Origin: a virus
Taxonomy: Duplodnaviria; Caudoviricetes
IMG/VR virus record: IMGVR_UViG_3300044825_002458
Location: 1 to 60,740 of that record
Length of the DNA stretch: 60,740 nucleotides
Reading direction: 5' to 3' (one strand)
Shown: piece after piece, positions 36,630 to 46,610 of the stretch
Position numbering within the stretch: the stretch's first letter is position 1
How the letters are laid out: the number at the start of each line of letters is the position of its first letter
Notes under the pieces: model-generated
Seen by the model: the letters and a program-made list of their open reading frames with translations, nothing else
What the model was told of the DNA's origin: nothing
Databases searched by the model: none
Program-made: the position numbers and the translations under genes

Positions 36630-36863
36630 ATGAGCAACCATCGTTACTCTACTCGTGAAGCTGCTTTCATCGATGAGGACGGCTTCCGGAATGCACCGTG
36701 TGAGTGTTCCCGTAAGTCGTGCCGATTCGCATGGGTTGCGCACGGTGAGACTCCCTCTGGATCACATGCCCCGTTCACCAAGATCGAGTGTCCTAAGTGT
36801 CACCGTCGAACGGGTGAAGAAGCGGAGCATCGTTATGCACCTACTCGGCGACTAAAGGGCTAG
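36630..36863 (+). CDS. Small Zn-ribbon protein
   Basis: CECSRKSC...CPKC, immediately upstream of TerL. Confidence 0.5.
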   Translation: MSNHRYSTREAAFIDEDGFRNAPCECSRKSCRFAWVAHGETPSGSHAPFTKIECPKCHRRTGEEAEHRYAPTRRLKG

Positions 36864-36871
36864 CGTCCCAG

Positions 36872-38362
36872 ATGACACCCACTGCTCGTACCGCCCGCTC
36901 CCGCTCCCGTCGCATCTCTTCTCCAATAACGCAGGGTCCAGCGCCGCTCTACTCTTCGTCCCTGTCTTCTGCGGAGTACCTGGAACAGACCCTTAGCGAG
37001 GAATTGACGGAGAAAGGCCGTCGCCTGTGGACTCCGTTTCGTTATCACCCCGTCCAAAGTGCGCTCTGGTCTTCCAACGCGCGTTTTCGTATGGTGCCGG
37101 CGGGACGACGTTCGGGAAAGACTGCAATCGCAAAGCGCTTTGGAGTGTTGAGCGCTGTTACTTGCACACTCCCCGATGGTTGGTTTGTGTTCGCAGCGCC
37201 GGTTCAGAAACAAGCCGTCCAGATCTATTGGCGAGATCTGAAGGCGATGATCCCCAAGTCGTGGCAACTTCGTAGGCCGAGCGAATCGGATCGAACCATC
37301 TTCTTGATTAATGGTGCAGAGATCCAGGTGATTGGACTGGATGTGCCGGAACGACTCGAGGGTCGGCCGTTGGATGGGATCGTGATTGATGAGTATGGGA
37401 ACTGCCGAGAGGAGGCGTGGGACGCGAATATCCGACCTGCCTTGTCCACGCCAGATCGTCCGCCGGGGTGGGCGTGGCTGATCGGAGTGCCGGAAGGTCG
37501 TAATCACTACTACGATCTCTGGCAGGATGTGATATCGACGCCCGACGATGAGGAATGGGCGGGGTTCACGTGGTCTTCACGAGACATCATGGACCCCAAG
37601 GAGGTTGAGTCGCTGCGGAAGAAGCTCGACCCGAAGACGTTCTCCCAGGAAGTGGATGCAACGTTTGAGTCGTTCGATGGGGCTGTCTACTATGGCTTTG
37701 AGCGAAAGGTGCACGCCGGGACTAGGCTCCGTTACCGCCCCACCGAGCCCTTATACATCACCTTTGACTTCAACGTGGAACCTGGCACTGCGAATATCGT
37801 GCAAGAGGGTCCACCGACTCAAGGCTCGCTCCCGCAATCTGTCTTCCAGAAGTTCTCGGCCAGCGTTACACAGGTGATTGACGAGATCCATGTCCCAGTG
37901 GGATCTTCGACCCCGAGAGTGTGCCACGATATCTTGGCTAAGTATCGAAACCACAAGGGACCTGTGGTGATGATTGGCGATCCATCTGGTGGTAACCGAG
38001 AAACTAGCCAGACGGCGGGTACTGATATTGACTTGATCAAGCAGATATTCCGCCCGGTGTTCGGCGAACGCTTGCGTAATGCGTTCTCCTTGAGCAAGGT
38101 GCCGGTAAAAGCGAGGATTAACTCCGTCAATGCTCGTATCCAGTCGACCGATGAGAAGTACCACTTCCAGATCGACCCGATGACCTGTCCCCACACAGTC
38201 AAAGACTTCGAAGGTGTGATGGTGTTGAAGGGGACGGCGGGTATACCAGATAAGCGAAAGTGCGAGAAGGAGGGTATTGGTCACCACACGGACGGCATTG
38301 GCTATTACATTCACCGAAAGTTCCCCCTCCGTCGCCCAACAGCCCTATTGCAATCGGCGTAA
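36872..38362 (+). CDS. terL: Terminase large subunit
   Basis: AGRRSGKT Walker A, IVIDEYG Walker B, DFNVEP, GDPSG, HHTDGIGY nuclease motifs. Confidence 0.93.
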   Translation: MTPTARTARSRSRRISSPITQGPAPLYSSSLSSAEYLEQTLSEELTEKGRRLWTPFRYHPVQSALWSSNARFRMVPAGRRSGKTAIAKRFGVLSAVTCTLPDGWFVFAAPVQKQAVQIYWRDLKAMIPKSWQLRRPSESDRTIFLINGAEIQVIGLDVPERLEGRPLDGIVIDEYGNCREEAWDANIRPALSTPDRPPGWAWLIGVPEGRNHYYDLWQDVISTPDDEEWAGFTWSSRDIMDPKEVESLRKKLDPKTFSQEVDATFESFDGAVYYGFERKVHAGTRLRYRPTEPLYITFDFNVEPGTANIVQEGPPTQGSLPQSVFQKFSASVTQVIDEIHVPVGSSTPRVCHDILAKYRNHKGPVVMIGDPSGGNRETSQTAGTDIDLIKQIFRPVFGERLRNAFSLSKVPVKARINSVNARIQSTDEKYHFQIDPMTCPHTVKDFEGVMVLKGTAGIPDKRKCEKEGIGHHTDGIGYYIHRKFPLRRPTALLQSA

Positions 38363-38382
38363 TCTACGTCTACAACCTCCGA

Positions 38383-40536
38383 ATGGATCGAATGGACATG
38401 ACTACCAACACAGACCGTGCAGTTCGCGCGAGAGCGCTCCTGTTCTACATTGCCTTGTTCGCCATGCTTGCCCTGGCGTTCACGGCATCTGTGTCCGCAC
38501 AGACCATCAACATCGCTAATCCTGCTAGCAAGGAACAGACGCGATGGGTGGTTGCCCCAATGCCACTGTCCCAGGCCGCAGCGTTGCCCGCTGCATGTCT
38601 GGCGAATGGGAAGTACCCCGCCTACAAGGCGCAGCAACTCGGTGTGACGACCCAGCTGTGGCACATCAAGTGCACGGTACCGGCCAAAGGTACCTTGTCA
38701 CTGACTACCTGGGCGCCGATCCCTCCCACGATCCCTCCCACCGCCTTCACGATGACTCCGTGGGTGCTTGACAATCCGAACCGAGTGGTCATGCGCCTGG
38801 TCATCTATGAGGGGAACGTGTGGAAGTCGAACATCGAGCTGAAGGCCGGCACGATGGTTCGAAGCTCGCAGGTGTCACAGACCTGGGAGTTCCGTGGCAA
38901 TACGGGCGCACCGAGCCAAGCGGCTAGGGGATACACGTTCACTCTGTGGACTACCTTCTGGGAAGGTCAAGACGCAGTGGACATGGAGGGGGTTGCTATT
39001 TGGAGCAATCCGCTTTCACCCAGTTGGTCACAGGGAAACGTCAAGCTCGACCTGGTCAGCGGTGCTTGGCCGATCGACGGTGAGCCGTTCTCGCTCTACA
39101 ACGCAGCGCCGAACGGGTTTGCCAAGTGGAACAAGGGCTATACGATCTACCGGGGTATGTTGCCCCATGGCGTTGGCATCGCCTTCCGCGGAGTCATCCT
39201 CCCGGTTGACGATTCGCCTTTGCCGATCTCGTTCGAAGATCAGGACAAGCATCTGAACGACGCTGACCGCGCGCGGCTTGAGGCCGCGGCGGCGGAAGCG
39301 CCGCTCGTTGCTGCCTGTGACTGGACTCAGTCGCCGAACGATTGGATGGCTTTTGGTGAGGTTCCACGGACTACACAGAGAGCAAATCCTACTGCGGTGA
39401 TCGAGGCCACGCAGCGAGCGGGAGGGTACTTCGATCCGAGGCCCTATGCTAACCACGGCAAGCACGACGATACAGGCGATCAGCTGCCATTCGGTGCCAC
39501 GAAGGATCTCATTGCGCTGCAAGGTGACCCATGGAGGGTCTACGAGCTACAAGACAGCGCCCTGGATTATTGGCGCCGAGCCGCACACCACCGAGAACTC
39601 GATGGTCGTCGCGTAACCAAGGCCATTCGACCGGGTGTTCAGACATGGCAGATGAACATCGAACCGCGAATGAGCCCTGACACCTTTGGTAAACCAGGCG
39701 GTTCGAACAACTACGTCCCAGACCTGACCATTGGGCTTCGCCACTTCTACGCGGACGACCAGCACCGCGGAGACGCCTACACACTCTGTGGCTACGCACT
39801 CAGCGGCTCCCCGCTGTTGCTCGAATGCATCCACGATATGATTACCGTGGACGAGATGCGTGCGATGCCAGCGAGAGGATGGTTCGATGCCCCTCGAGCC
39901 ACCGGTCGTCTCATGCAGAGCTGGGCGAAGATCGCTACGATCACCAACGGTGCTGACCGAGACCTTGCGCTGAGCCTTGGCCTCGCAGAACTTGCCGATC
40001 GTCAACGCGATCAGGACAAGTGGCACTACAATCCGGTTCGCGTGGTCGAGTGGAAGGACCCGGATCCGCGAGTGTTGAGCGGTGCGCGCTTCAGTGTGCC
40101 GTGGAATGATGGGCTGTGTGTCCTGGGCGCGTTGGAGGAACGACGGGCCTTCATTCGCCTCGGCCGCCTCGAGGACGCCGAGAAGTTCACCGAGTTCGCC
40201 GCGTATCTGGGCACTAGCATCATCAAGTGGTCAACCGTTACTGACTCGCGGACGGGCGATGTGTTGCCGATCAACGGCCTGAAGTGGCTCGATGGCGGCG
40301 CCGCGAACCCTGCGTCCTACTACGTCTACCCTCGAGCCGGTGCTGCCACTGATAACGCAGTGGATATGCTGGTTGGGTCGCTTGGATGGTGGAAGTGGTA
40401 CTCTGGCCCGTTGTTCGTTGCCAAGTCGCCATCACTCAATGTCAACGTGGATGATCGAGCGAAGGCCGAAGCCATCTGGCAAAGGACCGTCACGAACCCC
40501 GACCTGTCCACGCTCGAGTGGACGGCTGTGAAGTGA
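38383..40536 (+). CDS. Large exported protein of unknown function (signal peptide)
   Basis: RARALLFYIALFAMLALAFTASVSA|Q Sec-type signal; Trp/Tyr-rich, helical C-terminal half. Confidence 0.7.
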   Translation: MDRMDMTTNTDRAVRARALLFYIALFAMLALAFTASVSAQTINIANPASKEQTRWVVAPMPLSQAAALPAACLANGKYPAYKAQQLGVTTQLWHIKCTVPAKGTLSLTTWAPIPPTIPPTAFTMTPWVLDNPNRVVMRLVIYEGNVWKSNIELKAGTMVRSSQVSQTWEFRGNTGAPSQAARGYTFTLWTTFWEGQDAVDMEGVAIWSNPLSPSWSQGNVKLDLVSGAWPIDGEPFSLYNAAPNGFAKWNKGYTIYRGMLPHGVGIAFRGVILPVDDSPLPISFEDQDKHLNDADRARLEAAAAEAPLVAACDWTQSPNDWMAFGEVPRTTQRANPTAVIEATQRAGGYFDPRPYANHGKHDDTGDQLPFGATKDLIALQGDPWRVYELQDSALDYWRRAAHHRELDGRRVTKAIRPGVQTWQMNIEPRMSPDTFGKPGGSNNYVPDLTIGLRHFYADDQHRGDAYTLCGYALSGSPLLLECIHDMITVDEMRAMPARGWFDAPRATGRLMQSWAKIATITNGADRDLALSLGLAELADRQRDQDKWHYNPVRVVEWKDPDPRVLSGARFSVPWNDGLCVLGALEERRAFIRLGRLEDAEKFTEFAAYLGTSIIKWSTVTDSRTGDVLPINGLKWLDGGAANPASYYVYPRAGAATDNAVDMLVGSLGWWKWYSGPLFVAKSPSLNVNVDDRAKAEAIWQRTVTNPDLSTLEWTAVK

Positions 40537-40549
40537 CGGTCCACTGTCG

Positions 40550-40843
40550 ATGGATGACCAGGACTTCGATCCCGATCTCGACCCGATAGGTAGCGGAGAA
40601 TCTCGAGTAATCTCAGAGGTCTTCGGTATCCCCTACGACTTGCCTATTAGTATGGAACGTAAGCTGAAGCACGACATCTACACCTGTAATGCCTACCGAA
40701 TCTGGTGGGCGTTACACAGTCGAGTTACTTTTGGCAAGTTCAACTCGAACTCATGGTGGGGTAAGCGACTTGCTCGTGACTATGCAAAGGCCGAGACCCA
40801 GATGTCTCAGATTGCCTTCGAGATCATAGAACAGCTGAGCTAG
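40550..40843 (+). CDS. Hypothetical protein
   Basis: ORF in the late operon. Confidence 0.5.
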   Translation: MDDQDFDPDLDPIGSGESRVISEVFGIPYDLPISMERKLKHDIYTCNAYRIWWALHSRVTFGKFNSNSWWGKRLARDYAKAETQMSQIAFEIIEQLS

Positions 40844-40847
40844 TCTT

Positions 40848-41294
40848 GTGGAATCAACGTCACAAGGGTTGACGACCCAGACGCGAAAGCAGACAATCGT
40901 CGGCATGATCCATCAATGCCACAGGCTACTGGTCTTTGCGCTCATTGCGGTGCTAGGCAGCTGTAGCTGGGTCTCTTCGCTGTCGGGGAACAAGGAGCTG
41001 GTTACCAGCTTCATCAACGGCGAGCAGAAGATGGCCGCGACTTTCGAGTCGCAAACCACTCTCCTGGATCGACTCATCACCCAGATCGAGTCACTCGGAG
41101 TGTCAACGGCTCAGACCGCGCCGATTCGAGCGGCCATGAACCAGAACAAGAGCAACTATCAAACGTTGCTCGATGCTCAGTTGAGCACCATGGGCGAGCT
41201 GATCGAGCTCGACTACAAGGACCTGTGGATCAGGTTCCGTAACGGCTTCTTCTCGGCTGTTACTACTCCTCCTACTCCCTCACCCACCAAATGA
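40848..41294 (+). CDS. Putative lipoprotein (spanin-like?)
   Basis: RLLVFALIAVLGS-C lipobox, coiled coil, Pro/Thr tail. Confidence 0.55.
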   Translation: MESTSQGLTTQTRKQTIVGMIHQCHRLLVFALIAVLGSCSWVSSLSGNKELVTSFINGEQKMAATFESQTTLLDRLITQIESLGVSTAQTAPIRAAMNQNKSNYQTLLDAQLSTMGELIELDYKDLWIRFRNGFFSAVTTPPTPSPTK

Positions 41295-41557
41295 CGATGG
41301 TACCCAACCAGAAGCCTCCCGCGCCCGAGACCGGCCAAGTCGATCCCAACAAGGTACCGATGAGCCTCGAGGGCTTCGATCCAACCAAGTTCGCTCATCA
41401 GAAGGTCCTGGAAGGCCTCGAAATGGTCAGCGATGAGGACATCACCAAAACCGTGGTGAAGCTCCACGAAATGCGCGGCCGCATTCGAGACGACCGCATG
41501 TTCCTGGCCTCGATGGCCTCAACCCTTGGTGCCCTGCTCAGGGGCCTGGTGATCTGA
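41291..41557 (+). CDS. Hypothetical protein
   Basis: ATGA-coupled. Confidence 0.55.
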   Translation: MTMVPNQKPPAPETGQVDPNKVPMSLEGFDPTKFAHQKVLEGLEMVSDEDITKTVVKLHEMRGRIRDDRMFLASMASTLGALLRGLVI

Positions 41558-41558
41558 C

Positions 41559-41903
41559 ATGGGACAAGTTCAAGTGGCCCTCGGTACCGTCGACTCTGCG
41601 TTCTCGCAGTTCGCCCCCATTCCGGTGATGGCATCGAAGTTCTTGGACATCGGAGAAATGACCGTAACCAGTACGGCCGCTACCTCTGGGGTCCAGGCCG
41701 ATGATGCTCACCTCAACAACAACGAACCCACAAAGGTCATCTGGCGTATCGAGGTGGACGACACCGAAGACGTCTATGCGTCGTTCGGGACTCCCCCCGC
41801 TGCCGCCAGCTCGTCAACTGGCGTTCGACTCGGCAAGGGCCGAACCCACTACTTCAGCGTGACGGCCGTCGGCGAACAAGTCTCACTGGCATCGGTAGCG
41901 TAG
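41559..41903 (+). CDS. Small beta-rich virion protein
   Basis: W.I......YASFGTPP.A.....RL..G...YF.V...G..V pattern seen in small phage structural proteins. Confidence 0.55.
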   Translation: MGQVQVALGTVDSAFSQFAPIPVMASKFLDIGEMTVTSTAATSGVQADDAHLNNNEPTKVIWRIEVDDTEDVYASFGTPPAAASSSTGVRLGKGRTHYFSVTAVGEQVSLASVA

Positions 41904-41917
41904 CTAGGAGTAGATCA

Positions 41918-43669
41918 ATGCTCGGACTAGGTCTAGGCCTTGGTGGTTCCTTGAAACGTCGTGGTTCACAACCAATCACGATTGCGTTGACTCCCAGCCG
42001 AACGAGTGGAGTCGCGCCGCTTGCGGTCCACTTCGATCTAACGGGAACAACCGGCGACAACGCGACAAACCCTTTCGCTGAGCTGGACTACTGGGCAGAC
42101 TTCGACGATCCGTCGGGTAGCTTCGACGGCGGCAACCGCGGGGCGGTTGTCTCCCACGTGTTCGATGCCCCCGGAACCTATGACGTCGTGTTCTATGTCC
42201 GCGACATCCTTGGCAACCTGGCAACGCGCGGTGTCACGATCACGGTCAGCGACCCCGACGTGGTGTTCGCCGGCACCGACACGGTTTGCGTCGCCTCCGA
42301 TGGCGACTTCACCGGAGCGCCATCTGGATGCACGCAGGTCACGTCGAGCGACTTCGACGCCGTGGCGTTGGCATACCTGGGGAGCGGCAAGCGAGTTCTG
42401 TTCAAGAAGGGGCAAACGTTCACATCTTCTGCAACGGTTGCAATCACAGCCACCAGTGCGGCCATCCTCGGGGCATGGGGGACTGTGGGAACACTGGATG
42501 CACGAGGTATCGACTCGAACGCGCCAATCGTCAGTGTGGCCCACAACAGCAACGTGCTGACGTTCGGTAGCTCGGGCTCGACAATCATCGCGAATGACGT
42601 TCGTGTGATGGATATCGACTTCCGCTACACGAATGGCGGGACGTCGGGGCACTTCGCAGCCTTCAGCTACCGAGGCGACCAACTCCTGTTCTACCGGTTG
42701 AAGAACAGCAGCGGCCAGTTCAACTACGACTTCAACCTGAGCACGTCGGTCCCCGAGACTTACGGGATCGACCCGCCTGACCTCAACTGCATCGCCAACT
42801 GCGACTTCTCCATCGGCTCACGGGGATACGGCGCCTACATCGGCGGCCTGCGGTGGATGTTGCTCAACACCGCGTTTGGGACGTCGGGGTCATCGACGCA
42901 CGGCACGCGCGTTCAGTTCGGCCGTAAGTGCCATTTCGCCGGCATGGTATGGGCCAAGGCCGCGAGCAGCACGCACAGCTTCACGATCCGCGCGCACGAT
43001 CACGTCGCCGGACAGGAGGAAGAAACGGGCAGCCGCTATCACGTCGTGGACGGATGCACGACCGACTGCGGGACTGTCTGGCCGTGGCACATCGGAAGCG
43101 AGAGCACCGGCCACGAGGAATACGTGGACGACGTGCTGGTGGATGGGTGCGTGTTCAACGTCGGGACGGGCGCGAACAACAGCTACCAGATCCACACTGG
43201 CGGACGTCGAATCACGATTGCCAACTGCACCGTCAACGTGAACGCAGGAGAGGGCATCACGTCCTGCGGTCTCGCGTTCGTCGATACTTACGGATTGTCG
43301 CCGCAGGCCGCCCCCGAGGACGTTCGGATCATCCACAACACGGTCGCGACCGACGTGACGATGAGCGGAACGATCCGGCTGCTCAACGCTACGTCCGGCT
43401 CCAACATCTTCTTACAGAACAACATCCTTTATGCCCCAGCGGCGACGACGCGGACGCTGAAGACCGGCGCGGCCACAGTCACGGTGGACCACAACCTGCT
43501 GGACATCGACCCGTCGTTTGTTGCGCTCCCTGGCGACCTACACCTACAATCCGGGAGCGCCGCGCGCGACTACGGGACGCCTGTCGCGTGGTCGTTCCGC
43601 GACGCCGACGGAGTTCTCCGAGACTACACGACGAGCCCGGACGCGGGCGCTTTGGAATACGTAGCATGA
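41918..43669 (+). CDS. PKD-domain + right-handed beta-helix protein (depolymerase/adhesin-like)
   Basis: MLGLGLGL N-terminus, SGVAPLAVHFD..W.DFDD..HVFDAPGTY PKD, parallel beta-helix repeats, DPSFV..GDLHLQSGS.A.D.G...PDAGALEY C-terminus. Confidence 0.75.
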   Translation: MLGLGLGLGGSLKRRGSQPITIALTPSRTSGVAPLAVHFDLTGTTGDNATNPFAELDYWADFDDPSGSFDGGNRGAVVSHVFDAPGTYDVVFYVRDILGNLATRGVTITVSDPDVVFAGTDTVCVASDGDFTGAPSGCTQVTSSDFDAVALAYLGSGKRVLFKKGQTFTSSATVAITATSAAILGAWGTVGTLDARGIDSNAPIVSVAHNSNVLTFGSSGSTIIANDVRVMDIDFRYTNGGTSGHFAAFSYRGDQLLFYRLKNSSGQFNYDFNLSTSVPETYGIDPPDLNCIANCDFSIGSRGYGAYIGGLRWMLLNTAFGTSGSSTHGTRVQFGRKCHFAGMVWAKAASSTHSFTIRAHDHVAGQEEETGSRYHVVDGCTTDCGTVWPWHIGSESTGHEEYVDDVLVDGCVFNVGTGANNSYQIHTGGRRITIANCTVNVNAGEGITSCGLAFVDTYGLSPQAAPEDVRIIHNTVATDVTMSGTIRLLNATSGSNIFLQNNILYAPAATTRTLKTGAATVTVDHNLLDIDPSFVALPGDLHLQSGSAARDYGTPVAWSFRDADGVLRDYTTSPDAGALEYVA

Positions 43670-43929
43670 CCGAATCAGCTCAACCGCCAGTCCCCCCCGT
43701 ACCGCCGAACAATCTCAAGCTGGTCGGCGAGGCTCTTCAGACAATCCTGGAGACCTTGGGCTCTAAGAAAGCCATGACCATGGTCTTTGGCAACGCCGCA
43801 TTCCTCAGCGCCGCGTCTGAGCTCTTGGCCAAGCACCCTGAGCTGTCAATGACCTGCGTCATCGCCGCGGCATGTATCACCTGCACCTACATTATCACGC
43901 AGGGGTATGTGGACGCGCACAAGAAGTAA
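43666..43929 (+). CDS. Holin-like two-TM protein
   Basis: SKKA+TM...TM-TYIITQGYVD, similar to SRKF..AYIIGEG.VD holins. Confidence 0.6.
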   Translation: MTESAQPPVPPVPPNNLKLVGEALQTILETLGSKKAMTMVFGNAAFLSAASELLAKHPELSMTCVIAAACITCTYIITQGYVDAHKK

Positions 43930-43935
43930 CATGCC

Positions 43936-45531
43936 ATGAAGAAGAAGACGAAGGCAACGGCGACAGACGCCAAGGTTCTCGACCTTAATAGCATCAACAA
44001 CGAGAGCTTGGCGTATATCGCCATCAAGCCGACTTGGTACAAGGTTGGCCCACTGGCGCTCACCGGTCATACCGACGAGATGAGGGCCAATCGAGAACTC
44101 TTCCTACCAAAGGAAGAACTCGAGGATAACGATAACTACAATATCCGCCTTACGCACTCGTTTTTGTATGGGGCGTATCGGGATACCATCGAGAAGTGTG
44201 TGGCTAAGCCGTTCTCGAGGGAGATCGTTGTTGACCATCCAACGGAGAAGTCAAAGCAGGTATTGGCCAACGCAAACGGTAGCGGTAAGTCGCTGAGCGA
44301 TGTGGCCAAACAGTTCTTTGCGTTTGGTGTGAACTACGGGGTAGCCCACTTGTTGGTCGATCTCCCCAAGAAGCCGATTGAGCCTGGGACTGCGCCTACG
44401 CTGGCCGACGACATTAAGGTTACTCCCACCTTCACTGTGATTAGTCCATACAACCTCATCTGGTGGCATCACGAAAAGGATCCCCAGACGGGTGCGTTGG
44501 AGCTCACGGAAATCCACATCCGTGATACCATCATCAAGTCCAATACCACCACCTACGTAGACACACAATACGTTCGGGTTACCAAGTATACCAAGACCTC
44601 ATGGGAGATCTACTTGGCCGAATCTGGTGGTAAGTTCGAACTCGATTCATCTGGCGCACATTCGTTTGGTCGAGTTCCGTTGTTCTCGTGGTTTGCCAAC
44701 GAGGAGCTTTCTCCGTTCGTCACTAAGCCTCCGCTGCTCGAATTGGCTGACCTCAACATCGCTCACTGGCAATCTTCGAGTCAGCAGCGAAACTATCTGC
44801 GGTTCATTCGGATTGGCTTCCTCTTCATCGCAGGCATTACCGAAGATGACCTGGTCAAGCAAGGTGGTACCATTCGAGTGGGGCCCACTAATGTGCTGGC
44901 CACCGAGAATCCAAACGCCAAGGCTAACTACCTTGAGCACCAAGGAACCGCCTACGATTCCGGTATCAAAGACCTGGATCGACTCGAACAGCAGATGACC
45001 ATCATGGGTCTTCAGCCGTTCATCGAGAAGGCCTCTGGTGACCCCACTGCTACTGGTCGTTCGATCACTGAGGCCAAGCATCAATCGCGTCTTCAGATGT
45101 GGTGCAAGCATTGCTCCACCGCCCTTACCGCCGCAGTGGCCTTCGGCCTCGAGGCGTCGAATGATGAAGTAAATCCGAAGTTTGCCGTCAACATCTACTC
45201 CGACTTCGGTATCTCAGTCGACAACATCCAGAAGGTCGACAAGCTGTTCCAAGCCCATCGTGAAAAGGCGATCACTACCGAGACGCTGCTCCGCGAGCTC
45301 CAACGCTACGGTATCGTCAGCGAGAAGATCGACCCCGAGATCGAAGTCGAAACCGCTGCGGAAGAAGCCAAGGTCGATTCGCTCAACTCGCTTGGCATTG
45401 GCGGCGATCCAGCCGTGAACGACCCGAACCTCGACGAGAACGGTCAACCCAAGAACACTCAGAACCCCGCCGTACCCCTCAAGAAGGACAAGAAGCCTCA
45501 ACCGTTCCAAGTGAAGAAGGCTAAGCAGTGA
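43936..45531 (+). CDS. Portal protein (DUF4055 type)
   Basis: FLPKEE.ED...Y..RL, YGVAHLLVD, KPPLLELADLNIAHWQSSS, TAT. Confidence 0.9.
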   Translation: MKKKTKATATDAKVLDLNSINNESLAYIAIKPTWYKVGPLALTGHTDEMRANRELFLPKEELEDNDNYNIRLTHSFLYGAYRDTIEKCVAKPFSREIVVDHPTEKSKQVLANANGSGKSLSDVAKQFFAFGVNYGVAHLLVDLPKKPIEPGTAPTLADDIKVTPTFTVISPYNLIWWHHEKDPQTGALELTEIHIRDTIIKSNTTTYVDTQYVRVTKYTKTSWEIYLAESGGKFELDSSGAHSFGRVPLFSWFANEELSPFVTKPPLLELADLNIAHWQSSSQQRNYLRFIRIGFLFIAGITEDDLVKQGGTIRVGPTNVLATENPNAKANYLEHQGTAYDSGIKDLDRLEQQMTIMGLQPFIEKASGDPTATGRSITEAKHQSRLQMWCKHCSTALTAAVAFGLEASNDEVNPKFAVNIYSDFGISVDNIQKVDKLFQAHREKAITTETLLRELQRYGIVSEKIDPEIEVETAAEEAKVDSLNSLGIGGDPAVNDPNLDENGQPKNTQNPAVPLKKDKKPQPFQVKKAKQ

Positions 45532-46511
45532 AAGGGCTTGGCCTGATTCGGAACAAGAGCCTAGCGCATACGATCGCGCTCCAGCGATTGAGGGCTAGCG
45601 AGGTTCAATTTACTCGAGCTGAGGTCAGCAACCTCAACGCACGAGTATACGGCCGAGTAGCCAGCCTACTAGCCAAGCTGAAAGGCCGCGGGGGCTTCGC
45701 GTCACGGAACCCCTTCGATACTTCGGCCTACCGCAATCTCATTGACGCAGTGGAGACGACGGTGTCAAGGGGATATCAGCAGCTGCTCGATCAATTTGCG
45801 ACAAAGCTTGTATCACTAGGTGAGTACGAGCTTGAGTACCAGGCCAAGCTCCTGGTCGATAGTCTCGGTATCGTCCTGAGGATGCCCAGTTCTGGTGATG
45901 TCCTTGCTTCGGTCAAGACAAGGCCAATCCACGGACTTGCCATCGGCGAGCATTTCGATAGACTTGCCGCTGCATCGATAAACTCGATCAAGGCCGAGAT
46001 CAACCGGGGGATCCTTGAAGGCCTGCAAACCTCAGACATCCTGAAGAACCTTGAGAGCACTTCGTTTGCGCTTACGGGCAACCAGGTCGAAGCTGTTACG
46101 GGTACCGCTGTAGCCCATACCGCAAACCACAGTCGCGAAGCCCTGTGGGATAGTAACGGCGACGAGATCATTGGAGTAGTGTATGTCGCAGTGTTGGATA
46201 CCCACACTACGCTGATATGCGCTAGCTTGAACGGCAACGTATATGAGCTAGACGACGGTCCCCGACCGCCGCAGCACCACGAGTGCCGTAGCACTACGTG
46301 GCCAGTTACGAAGAAGTTCGGTGCACCCAAGGTACCCGAGACCGATGAGTGGCTCAGGGGCCTAACCAACAATGAGCTCGTTGAGTTGTTCGGCGAGACT
46401 CGTGCTAAGTGGTACCAGGACGGTAAGATAAAGTCGATTAGGCAGCTAGTCGACCAGTCTAACAGACCACTTACTTTGAATGAGATTCGACGTTCCGAGG
46501 GGTTGAGGTAA
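45528..46511 (+). CDS. Minor head protein (SPP1 gp7/Mu gpF family)
   Basis: AVLDTHTT.IC..LNG, RPPQHHECRST. Confidence 0.88.
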   Translation: MKGLGLIRNKSLAHTIALQRLRASEVQFTRAEVSNLNARVYGRVASLLAKLKGRGGFASRNPFDTSAYRNLIDAVETTVSRGYQQLLDQFATKLVSLGEYELEYQAKLLVDSLGIVLRMPSSGDVLASVKTRPIHGLAIGEHFDRLAAASINSIKAEINRGILEGLQTSDILKNLESTSFALTGNQVEAVTGTAVAHTANHSREALWDSNGDEIIGVVYVAVLDTHTTLICASLNGNVYELDDGPRPPQHHECRSTTWPVTKKFGAPKVPETDEWLRGLTNNELVELFGETRAKWYQDGKIKSIRQLVDQSNRPLTLNEIRRSEGLR

Positions 46512-46541
46512 CTCCCCGGCGGCGATAATGTTTCAGTGAAA

Positions 46542-46589
46542 GGTTGGCGGGAAGCCAGCCATCGACTACCCTTGGCGGGAAGCTAAGGG
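46542..46589 (+). promoter_or_regulatory. Tandem hairpins with identical GGGAA loops in the scaffold leader
   Basis: GGTTGGC-GGGAA-GCCAGCC and CCCTTGGC-GGGAA-GCTAAGGG. Confidence 0.6.
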
Positions 46590-46610
46590 GCAACCAACGA
46601 GTAGAACCAA

